Shown here piece by piece: positions 1 to 8,450 of a stretch of 64,000 bases of DNA. This DNA is from an uncultured delta proteobacterium. Its GTDB lineage: Bacteria; Myxococcota; B64-G9. The first letter of the stretch is position 1, and every line of letters starts with the position of its first letter. Position numbers and translations under genes: made by a program. The stretch lies in assembly GCA_963754925.1 (NCBI GenBank), contig CAVWHX010000010.1:1-64000 (forward strand), written 5' to 3'. The notes under the pieces are model-generated. The model was not told where the DNA came from. It ran no database searches and worked only from the letters and a program-made list of their open reading frames with translations.

Positions 1-740
1 ACCAACATGAGATCTTGAACCAACGCAACGTGAAAGTCGTACATCCTCCCAAGCCGTCTATATTCTTCTACGTTCCACTCGTCAATGTGATAGAACTTCT
101 TAGTAAAAAACATATCTCCAGCTTCTTGGGAGTATTTATGAAAGACATTTTGGAAATCCTGTAAGACTCGACTGAAATTCTCGAACGCGTTCTCAAGGCC
201 AGCATATCTTCGAGGCCAGATACGGTTAAAAAGCCAATCCTTTAGCTCTTCCAGCTTCTTGTCCGTGTCCGACCACAGACGAGGCTGACCAGAACTAACT
301 ACATACGAAGACCACGATTTCCAGCGATCAATATCGGCCCGTTTACCCCATTCTTCCGCATAAGAGGCATAGAGTTCGTCATCCCTCTGTCGCGCAGAGT
401 CATAGCTAGCAAGAGACACGCTAACCCATCTCTCGTGTGCTGTTTTGATTTCGCGGAGAAATTCCACCGTGTACTTATTCGGTTGGTCATCTATCAATTT
501 ATGATGGATCCGACACAGTAAGATCAGGTTATTGTATTTGTCGCGAGATTCTTCTGGAAGATCAGAGCCACCGCGTGGACCTCTTAGTTCTCGTGCTACG
601 ATATGGCACTCCTCACCGATGACCGCCTCATCATCAGTCTCGGTGCCATCCATCACCAGCTCGCGCCGACAGTCTTCCATTGCACATCTATTCGCAGCGC
701 GTCCCCAAAGCATCTTGTGAGTCTTTAGCGTTATGCTCAT
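1..740 (-). CDS. HNH endonuclease domain protein (3' end runs off the window)
   Basis: Not in the ORF track because it has no stop in the window. Manual translation from ATG at 740 gives MSITLKTHKMLWGRAANRCAMEDC...IGEECHIVARELRGPRG...YNNLILLCRIHHKLIDDQP, a Zn-binding HNH motif, followed by a helical-looking domain that stays open to the edge. Confidence 0.85.
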   Translation of the reverse strand, partial: MSITLKTHKMLWGRAANRCAMEDCRRELVMDGTETDDEAVIGEECHIVARELRGPRGGSDLPEESRDKYNNLILLCRIHHKLIDDQPNKYTVEFLREIKTAHERWVSVSLASYDSARQRDDELYASYAEEWGKRADIDRWKSWSSYVVSSGQPRLWSDTDKKLEELKDWLFNRIWPRRYAGLENAFENFSRVLQDFQNVFHKYSQEAGDMFFTKKFYHIDEWNVEEYRRLGRMYDFHVALVQDLML

Positions 741-1064
741 GCTTCATCTATTCCATTGGGTTAACAAGTTATTCTATAGTTTCTGTATAACTCCACCGGG
801 GCCGTCGGAACACGATGCGATGATCGATCGTATGGTTACCTGTGACCGATTGAATATTGCCCAGTTGTGTTCCGAAAATCCTATGTGGCAACGATACTTA
901 ATCTCTTGACAATTATTTTCAACTAAATAATTTTGCTTTTCTGTATATCATGTCGTTTGTAAGGTTATACGGAAGCCAGAGGATTCCAAAGGTTGCCTAT
1001 GCCCTCTGCACTGCAGGCACGATTTGAAGAAGAATTGCGAGCAAACCTCTTTGCTGACCCCCTT

Positions 1065-1460
1065 TTATACCCAATTTTCCAATTTGATATTCGTTATTCG
1101 TGAAAACTCGGATGTATTATTTGTTACTAAGACTAAATCTCGAGATACCGCTTGAGCCGCAATTTGCATGTCATAGGGGCCGATGAGCTGACCTTTTTTT
1201 TCTAATTCCGCGCGAATGAGACCGTACACCTCTGCATCGCTATCATTGAATTCGATTATGTCAAATGCGGACGCAAAAGAGAGGAGCGCTTGTCGATTCC
1301 GTTCTCTATTTTTGCTTTTTGAAGCCCCATATTCCAGCTCTGCCAGAGAAATGGAGGAGAGCTTGACCTGATGAGGTTTCAAAGTCTTTATGCGCTCAAC
1401 AACGTGCCGGGGATTTTTGTTTATTATGTAAATGCAGATATTGGTATCAAGCAGATACAT
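1065..1460 (-). CDS. vapC: Type II TA toxin VapC (PIN ribonuclease)
   Basis: MYLLDTNICIY, ELEYGA, IGPYDMQIAA and LVTNNTSEF PIN motifs; overlaps the vapB stop by 1 nt. Confidence 0.95.
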   Translation of the reverse strand: MYLLDTNICIYIINKNPRHVVERIKTLKPHQVKLSSISLAELEYGASKSKNRERNRQALLSFASAFDIIEFNDSDAEVYGLIRAELEKKGQLIGPYDMQIAAQAVSRDLVLVTNNTSEFSRITNIKLENWV

Positions 1461-1699
1461 TAAAAATCATCCCTTTTTTGCATTTCCGGTTGGTTGCGAC
1501 CGCGTGCCATAAAGTCGTCGGAGAATTCATCCAGACTTTTTTCAAAAGCCTCCCACGGATTTTTTTTGGGAAAAAGGATAATTGTGTTTCCTATTTTTTG
1601 AATGAATAATTCCTTGTCTTTTACCTGATATTCCTTCGGCAACCTGATTGCTTGACTATTCCCACTAATAAAAACCTTTGAGCTAAGCACGTTATTCAC
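1460..1699 (-). CDS. vapB: Type II TA antitoxin VapB (AbrB/MazE fold)
   Basis: KVFISGNSQAIRLPKEY motif and FSDDFM..GRNQP tail; GTG start; directly upstream of vapC. Confidence 0.93.
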   Translation of the reverse strand: MNNVLSSKVFISGNSQAIRLPKEYQVKDKELFIQKIGNTIILFPKKNPWEAFEKSLDEFSDDFMARGRNQPEMQKRDDF

Positions 1700-1710
1700 C
1701 TCCTCAACTA

Positions 1711-1739
1711 TGTATATACCATAATATATACAATGTCAA
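1711..1739 (-). promoter_or_regulatory. vapBC sigma70-like promoter with overlapping palindromic operator
   Basis: Minus strand TTGACA(1739-1734)-N17-TATACA(1716-1711); perfect inverted repeat TGTATATA(1711-1718)-N6-TATATACA(1725-1732). Confidence 0.7.
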
Positions 1740-1768
1740 GGTGTGACTCTCGATCGCCGAAGGCGTCC

Positions 1769-1831
1769 GTCCAACATGCGGCTCAATGGGAGCCGGCTTT
1801 TTCGGCGATCCACTGCAGCCGATCGTTATGC
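1769..1831 (-). mobile_element. Integron attC recombination site (63 bp)
   Basis: Minus strand GCATAAC-GATCGGCTGCAGTGGATCGCCGAAAAAGCCGGCTCCCATTGAGCCGCAT-GTTGGAC. It has an R'' ending AAC, L''/L' arms (CGGCTGCA/TGAGCCG) with one unpaired base, a terminal hairpin and R' = GTTRRRY. Confidence 0.75.
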
Positions 1832-1870
1832 CCTGTTTGCTTGCTGGCTAAGGCCGGTCCCTTTGAGAAT

Positions 1871-3526
1871 CTATTTGATCTCTTTTATGATTGTCTCAAT
1901 ATTACGTTCGGCGAGGGCGGCCACCGTAAACGACGGGTTGGCGCCTGCCGAGGACCCGGGGATGAGCGCGCTGTCGTTCACGTACAGGTGTTCGTAATTC
2001 TTTACCCGGCCGAAAAAGTCACAGGCCTTGCCCAGGACGGCGCCGCCCAGCGGATGGTATACGGCGTTATCAAGATATTGCTTCGGATACGCCAAAAGAA
2101 GACTGATGTACCCGCCGTTTACTTGGTCCAATTTTTTGGCCGTGTACACCAGCGCATCCGTTATGGTTTTCTGCTGGTTGTTTTCGTCCGGCCACGACAG
2201 TGACACCTCATCAGTAAGGTAGTTGTAGATAAACTCGCCCTGGGTAGGATTTATCCCGATGCCAAAATACAGCAGACTATAGGTGTCAACGCCGATGCCA
2301 AGAAATAGCCCGTCAAGACTTTGAATGCCGAGCGGGAATTGGGGATGTTCAATAAAAATCGGCGAAATCGGATTATTGTAATCTTCTATCGCCGATGCCG
2401 GCGGTCCACCCTGCCATACGCCGGTCGGTTGATTCAGACCCGATCGCAACACTTCCACATTTCCATTGTTACTCCATCCTTGTCCGATATAAGAATTCAG
2501 ATTCGGCAGAAGGCCTTTGGCTTTGGCTTTCACGAGCAGTGTGCTCGTTCCGATGGATCCGGCGGCAAGGAAAAGGTAATCGCATGAATACACTTTTTCA
2601 TTGAGGACGTTCCCCTCCACGTCGATTTCTTGCACCTTGACCAGATACTTGCCGGTTTTATCTATGCCGATGTCCCCGACCTGGGTTAATGTCTTGACCT
2701 CAAGCAAGTTGGTGTCTTCCGCCTGCCGTAGATAATTCATGTCTAGTGATTTTTTCGCGCCGCTGTTGACGCCGTAAATCGCCTCCCCATGAATAACGGA
2801 CGGTTTAATCGTGCCGGCAATCTCTTCCCTGACAATGTCCCAATCCGACGCGGAATTGATTCGAACGGTTTTCAAATTCGCTTTTGCGCATTGCTCTTCC
2901 ATGACCCGGAAATGGGTAAAAGAGGGGGACTGAAAAACATCGTTCGGAACGGTGCTGATGTTGATCATGTCCGCCACGCGTTGATAATAGGTATTCATAT
3001 CGTTGTAGTTAATTTCTTGTGGAAATACTTCTTCAAAAAGAAACTGAGGCGGCTTTACCACGAGTCCGCCATAAACGACCGAGCCTCCGCCGTAGCATGC
3101 TCCGGTCAACACCCGCAGCCCGGGAAAAAAATGGCCTTCCAATACGCCGGCATATTTATTGATAGGCAAGGGAGGACCTATGGGTACCACCGTGGAGGTC
3201 CGCAGCCAGGTAGATCGGCCGTCCGGATAAATATAGGGTGAAAATGTATTTCCGTCAGGGCTGATTACCCAGCGTCGGCCTTTTTCGATCATCGTGACCG
3301 GGACGCCGGCCTGGGTCAGGCGAAGGGCGGTTACGGCCCCGCCAAACCCGCTGCCGATGATGATGACGGACCTATGTTCATCAGGGGCAGGCATTTTCCA
3401 TAACGGGCCTGGTTCGCAGGGGGGTAACACGACGCCCGCAGCGGCAACAGCACCGGTTAGTTTGATAAAGTCACGCCTTGAAAAGCGGTTCCCGCCATTT
3501 CCATTTTTTTTGTTGGAATCGTGCAT
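1871..3526 (-). CDS. Tat-exported GMC oxidoreductase, cholesterol oxidase-like
   Basis: SRRDFIK twin-arginine motif; IIGSGFGGAV FAD motif; GGGSVVYG, YHPLGG and NPSFTVAALAERN. Likely start is ATG 3526 behind GAAGGAGG (ORF track starts at 3631). Confidence 0.88.
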   Translation of the reverse strand: MHDSNKKNGNGGNRFSRRDFIKLTGAVAAAGVVLPPCEPGPLWKMPAPDEHRSVIIIGSGFGGAVTALRLTQAGVPVTMIEKGRRWVISPDGNTFSPYIYPDGRSTWLRTSTVVPIGPPLPINKYAGVLEGHFFPGLRVLTGACYGGGSVVYGGLVVKPPQFLFEEVFPQEINYNDMNTYYQRVADMINISTVPNDVFQSPSFTHFRVMEEQCAKANLKTVRINSASDWDIVREEIAGTIKPSVIHGEAIYGVNSGAKKSLDMNYLRQAEDTNLLEVKTLTQVGDIGIDKTGKYLVKVQEIDVEGNVLNEKVYSCDYLFLAAGSIGTSTLLVKAKAKGLLPNLNSYIGQGWSNNGNVEVLRSGLNQPTGVWQGGPPASAIEDYNNPISPIFIEHPQFPLGIQSLDGLFLGIGVDTYSLLYFGIGINPTQGEFIYNYLTDEVSLSWPDENNQQKTITDALVYTAKKLDQVNGGYISLLLAYPKQYLDNAVYHPLGGAVLGKACDFFGRVKNYEHLYVNDSALIPGSSAGANPSFTVAALAERNIETIIKEIK

Positions 3527-3885
3527 TTTTTCCTCCTTCAAAACACCATGCACTAACCTTTCGCGTCTTTCGATACGATCCGATGCACTATAGGCCACTG
3601 GTGTTCGTGGTGTCTTATGTAGTCGCCACACATAGTCTCATGATATTTTTTTGCAACTATTTTTTTTATCATTCTTTATGCCATGTTATTTTTCAGGTCC
3701 TACGAAAATTGAAGAATTCCGTTAGGAAAATCACTCATAACTTCCTTGAGCGCTGCTGAATGGACTCTTTTGCGGTTATCGGATAAACTATCGTTTAGGA
3801 TCTTACGGAATGAAATTGATCTTAATCCTACCTAGAAATATTCCTCAGAAAATTGTGTTACTGAAGCAGTCAGCAGGAGGAGACG

Positions 3886-4341
3886 TTGGAACGCTATAAG
3901 AATCTCTCGGAATATCAACAAGGACCGCGCTCCAATCTGCGAGTGGGGGGCGAGGTCGATGCGTGGTGTACGCGCTGTCATTTGGTGCTCAGTCATACTG
4001 TTTTGGCCCTCGAGGCCGTCGAACCAATTCGGGTCCAATGCAATACCTGCAAAAGCCAACACAAGTACAAAGCGGCTTCTCCTGATGACTCACCACCTGT
4101 TCGTGGAGCCCGTAGCACTACAAAAAGTCATCCTGCGGCGCGGCCGGCCTTTCACCGCGTCTGGGATGATATTACGAGCGGCCTCGATCTGAGCAAACCG
4201 ATTCCCTACCACCCCAAGGTCGAGTTCTCAAAGGGACAGGTCCTCATACATGGAAAATTCGGCATCGGCGTTGTCATGGAGGTAAAAGAGGGCGGGAAAA
4301 TCCTCGTTGTTTTTCGTGATGAAACCCGCGTTCTGAGTTAA
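3886..4341 (+). CDS. Hypothetical protein with Zn-ribbon (CxxC...CxxC) and small C-terminal beta domain
   Basis: VDAWCTRC...VQCNTCKSQH, then YHPKVEFSKGQVLIHGKFGIGVV. Start uncertain. A possible 1-nt insertion near 4336 would give the ending VLVNARG*. Confidence 0.75.
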   Translation: MERYKNLSEYQQGPRSNLRVGGEVDAWCTRCHLVLSHTVLALEAVEPIRVQCNTCKSQHKYKAASPDDSPPVRGARSTTKSHPAARPAFHRVWDDITSGLDLSKPIPYHPKVEFSKGQVLIHGKFGIGVVMEVKEGGKILVVFRDETRVLS

Positions 4342-4350
4342 CGCTCGGGG

Positions 4351-4428
4351 TTAGGGATTGTTGACGAGCGTAAGCGAGTCTTATAAGAGATTGTTGACGA
4401 ACGAAGTGAGGATTACAAGCTCTTATCC
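4351..4428. repeat. REP-like palindromic repeat (one partial and one full copy), related to the 19.4-kb array
   Basis: GATTGTTGACGA occurs twice; 4384-4428 matches 19418-19462 at 34/45 positions without gaps. Confidence 0.7.
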
Positions 4429-4576
4429 TCCGGGCAATCCATTATCCCCGCCAGGGGGCGAGGCCAGCTGCCTTCAGAATTCTTCCCGATCATTGACTGT
4501 AAGTAAATTCGGTATTAGTTTAGCCACTGTTTGAGCAGGCACCGTGGGGAATCCAGGGAGCGAGGGTTTTTATTTT

Positions 4577-6860
4577 ATGCCTAACCCATCTAACATCCTC
4601 AAAATCGCGTTTTTGGGCGACTATCTGCCGAGGAAATGCGGCATTGCAACGTTCACCACAGACTTGCGCAAGGCGGTAGCACAAGAGTTTCCTACCACGC
4701 AGTGCCTGGTCGTGCCGGTCAATGACATCGAGGGCGGCTATGAGTACCCGCCCGAGGTACGATTCGAGATTGCGGAGCAGGACTTGCCGTCCTACCTGCG
4801 CGCGGCTGATTTCCTCAACATCACGGATGTGGACGTTGTTTGCGTGGAGCATGAGTTTGGCATCTACGGCGGACCGGCGGGCAGTTACTTGTTGGCGCTG
4901 CTGCACGAGCTACGCATGCCTATCGTCACCACGCTTCACACCATTCTGCGAGAGCCCAACCAAGACCAGCGGCGCGTCATGCGCGAATTGATTCGGCTTT
5001 CAACGCGGCTGGTGGTTATGGCTGAAAAGGGCCGAGAGTTTCTGCGCGAAGTCTATCAGGCGGACGCTTCCAAGATTGATCTCATTTTGCACGGTATTTT
5101 CGACATGCCTTTTGCCGACCCGAATTATTTCAAGGACGAGTTCGGCGTGGCGGGCAAACAGGTGTTGCTCACGTTTGGCCTCCTATCGCCCAACAAGGGC
5201 ATCGAGTACGCGCTGCGCGCGCTGCCGAATATCATCACCGAATTTCCCAACACGGTTTATATCGTCGTGGGCCAAACGCATCCCAATCTTCTGCGCGATG
5301 AGGGTGAGTTTTACCGCTTGAGCCTTGAGCGGTTGGCCAAAGACCTGGGTGTGGAAAAGCACGTCGTGTTCTTTAATCGTTTCGTCGAACTGGACGAATT
5401 GATGCGGTTTATCGGCGCGACAGATATTTACCTTACGCCGTACCTTACGGAGTCACAAATCACTTCGGGCACGCTGGCCTATGCGTTCGGCGCCGGTAAC
5501 GCAGTGGTGTCCACGCCCTACTGGCACGCGACCGAGTTGCTGGCCGAACAGCGCGGCAAACTGGTGCCCTTCCGCGACGACAAAGCCATCGCGAGCGCCG
5601 TCATCGAACTGCTGCGCGACGAGCCGTTGCGCCATTCTATGCGTAAAAATGCCTATCGGATGGGGCGCGACATGGTCTGGAGCCGTGTGGCGCAGCTCTA
5701 TATGAAGTCCTTCGACCAAGCCGGCCAGGATCACAGCTTCGTGGGACGAAAGTCATCACCCATCAAGACGCTCGACGAGCGGCCCGGGCAGTTACCGGCG
5801 TTGAAGCTCGATCATCTGTATCGCATGAGCGATTCAACCGGCATCTTTCAGCACGCCAGCTTCACCGTGCCCAATTTTGCCGAAGGCTATTGCACGGACG
5901 ATAACGCCCGCGCGCTTTTGTTGGCGCTTTTGTTGCAGAAATTAGGACATCATTCGGTGCGACTCAACGAACGGGCCGCCACCTATGCCGCGTTTTTAAA
6001 CCACGCCTACGATCGGAAAAGCCGCCGGTTTCCGCAATTTCATGAGTTTTAACCGGAGCTGGCTGGAGGAAGTCGGATCGGAGGATTGCCAGGGTCAGGC
6101 GCTCTGGGCGCTGGGGCTGTGCGTGGGACATGCGGGCCAGGGCAGTTTTCAGATGCTGGCGGCGGAACTGTTCGAACAGGCTCTGCCCGTCGCCACCGAG
6201 TTAACGTCGCCGCGCGCGTGGGCGTTTACACTCATCGGTATTGACGAATACCTTCGGCGCCTCAGCGGCGACCGACGCGCAAACCAGATTCGCGAATCGC
6301 TAACGGCGAGACTGATGCAGCGTTACGCCGACGCCGCGGCCGAAGATTGGCAATGGTTTGAAGAAGTGGTCTCCTACGCAAACGCCAAACTGCCGCACGC
6401 GCTGATTCTCAGCGGCCGCTGTGTCAACGACGCCCGAATGCTCGAAACCGGCCTCAAAACGCTGCGCTGGCTGGTCAAGGTTCAGACATCAAAGGCCGGC
6501 TCGTTTCGGGCCATCGGCTCAAACGGTTTTTATCAGCGCGGACAGGAACGTGCGCTATTCGATCAACAACCGATTGAGGCCCAGGCCACGGTATCCGCCT
6601 GCATCGAGGCGTATTACGCCACGGGGGATATGCTGTGGGTGACCGAAGCGCGCCGGGCCTTCGAATGGTTCCTAGGCCGCAACGATTTGGGTTTGGCGTT
6701 ATACGATTCGAGTACGGGCGGCTGTCGCGACGGCTTGCACGTGGACCGCGTAAGCCAAAACCAGGGAGCTGAGTCGACGCTGGCTTTCCTTTTAGCGCTC
6801 GCGGAAATGCAGGCGCTGCGAAACACCCTCTTCAGCTTCAAAGAATCGCCAGTCAAGTAG
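4577..6860 (+). CDS. Glycosyltransferase family 4 with C-terminal helical (glycosidase-like) domain; one frameshift near 6030
   Basis: PRKCGIATFT, HEFGIYGG, FGLLSPNKGIE, SGTLAYA, then GYCTDDNARAL and NQGAESTLAF. ORFs 4544..6052 and 6042..6860 join as RFRNFMSFNRSW if one base is removed from TTTCC at 6029-6033. Confidence 0.88.
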
Positions 6861-6908
6861 CGCCGGGAAACCATACTGAGCCAACGGCAGAAACGGATTA
6901 TAACCACC

Positions 6909-8369
6909 ATGACGTCGAAAAGTGTACACGCCAAACGCATCGGACCCACGTTGACTCCGGACCGCTCGCGGGTGCTGATGCGCCCCTTTTATCCCGTCAG
7001 TGATGACATCGCGCGCACGATCGTCGCCCGCGTCCTGGCTCTTTCTGACGAAGAAGTCACCCAACTGCTGTCCCAAGTGCTGGGCGAGTTTGTAGACCGG
7101 CACGAGCACGTTGAACAACTGTTACGCGACCGTTTCATACAGGTCAACCGTGACCTCGACTCCGTGCAGGCGCCTTCGCTGGAACGGCAGGCGCTTATCG
7201 GCTCTTACTTCACGCACGAGTATTCTCCGGAGTCCGCGGCGCTGTTTAATCCTTCCATCGTTCCCCACCCCGACCAGACCGGGCTGCCGAAAGGCGCGCT
7301 CCGTTTCGTCTTGAGCTTACGGGCCACGGGCGAAGGGCACATTTCCTCCATCGCCTTCCGTGAGGGCGCCGTCAGCGCGCAGAATCGCATCACGCTCACA
7401 CCGCCCGTACCGTTTGCGACGGAGCCGGAGCCAGTGCAGAACGCCACCTATGCCAAGGATCTCTTTGACCGCAAACTCCATGAGGCGGGCCTGCAAAATG
7501 ACTTTTGCCGGCGCGTGCTGGATCAACTTCCCGATACTTTCGTCCTGGATGACCTGCGCCGCGTCTTGACGGCCCAGCGCCAGCAAACCGACCCGTCCGA
7601 CGCTTCGGCTAACCTTGCCGCGCGGGGTATCTTGCTGTTAGCCGAATCGAACTACGAGGTATGCTTTGCTTCCGACAGCCGAGTCTCCCAGCGCGTACTT
7701 TTTCCCTCCGTGCCCAGCCAGAGCAGCGGCATCGAGGACGCACGTTTCGTTCGATTCCAAGACAGCGACGGCAGTTTGACCTATTACGCGACCTACACCG
7801 CATATGACGGAAAGATCACACTGCCGCAATTGCTGGAGACCAAGGACTTTGTCCATTTCAAATTTATCACGCTCAACGGCCCCGCGGTGCAGAACAAGGG
7901 CATGGCGCTTTTTCCCCGCAGAATCAACGGCCAATACGCCATGTTGTCGCGCCAGGACGACGAAAACATCCTCCTGATGTTCTCCGACAATATCCATTTC
8001 TGGCAGACGCCGAAGCTGCTTTTACGGCCTACGCAACCGTGGGAATTTTTCAAGATCGGTTGCTGCGGTTCGCCCATCGAGACGGAGGCGGGCTGGCTGG
8101 TGTTGAGCCATGGAGTAGGCCCGATGCGAAAGTATTGCCTGGGAGCGTTCCTGCTGGACCGAGAAGATCCCACGCGCGTCCTTGGCCGCCTACGCGAACC
8201 GATGCTTTCGCCAAACGAAGCGGAGCGCGAAGGCTACGTCCCCAACGTTGTGTATACCTGCGGAGCGCTGCTTCACGGCCGGACCCTCATCATTCCATAC
8301 GCCATGAGCGACTATGCCACCAGCTTTGCCACCGTGTTGCTGGACGAGCTACTGGGGGCGATGGAGTAA
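6909..8369 (+). CDS. Glycoside hydrolase family 130 (mannoside phosphorylase-like)
   Basis: SAALFNPSIVPHPDQ, SLRATGEGHISS, GIEDARFV, YYATYTAYDG, NKGMALFPR and GYVPNVVYTCG. Confidence 0.9.
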   Translation: MTSKSVHAKRIGPTLTPDRSRVLMRPFYPVSDDIARTIVARVLALSDEEVTQLLSQVLGEFVDRHEHVEQLLRDRFIQVNRDLDSVQAPSLERQALIGSYFTHEYSPESAALFNPSIVPHPDQTGLPKGALRFVLSLRATGEGHISSIAFREGAVSAQNRITLTPPVPFATEPEPVQNATYAKDLFDRKLHEAGLQNDFCRRVLDQLPDTFVLDDLRRVLTAQRQQTDPSDASANLAARGILLLAESNYEVCFASDSRVSQRVLFPSVPSQSSGIEDARFVRFQDSDGSLTYYATYTAYDGKITLPQLLETKDFVHFKFITLNGPAVQNKGMALFPRRINGQYAMLSRQDDENILLMFSDNIHFWQTPKLLLRPTQPWEFFKIGCCGSPIETEAGWLVLSHGVGPMRKYCLGAFLLDREDPTRVLGRLREPMLSPNEAEREGYVPNVVYTCGALLHGRTLIIPYAMSDYATSFATVLLDELLGAME

Positions 8370-8410
8370 GCAGGTCCACCCCTACATCAACCACCGTAGG
8401 CCAATGATAC

Positions 8411-8438
8411 GTAGGGGCGCACCGATGTGTGCGCCCCT
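8411..8438 (+). repeat. GTAG-type REP palindrome between convergent genes; possible terminator
   Basis: GTAGGGGCGCACCGATGTGTGCGCCCCT forms a 10-bp perfect stem preceded by GT and followed by TTATT. An inverted partial relative (GTAGGGGTGGACCTGC on minus) lies at 8370-8385. Confidence 0.7.
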
Positions 8439-8450
8439 TTATTAGATAAT

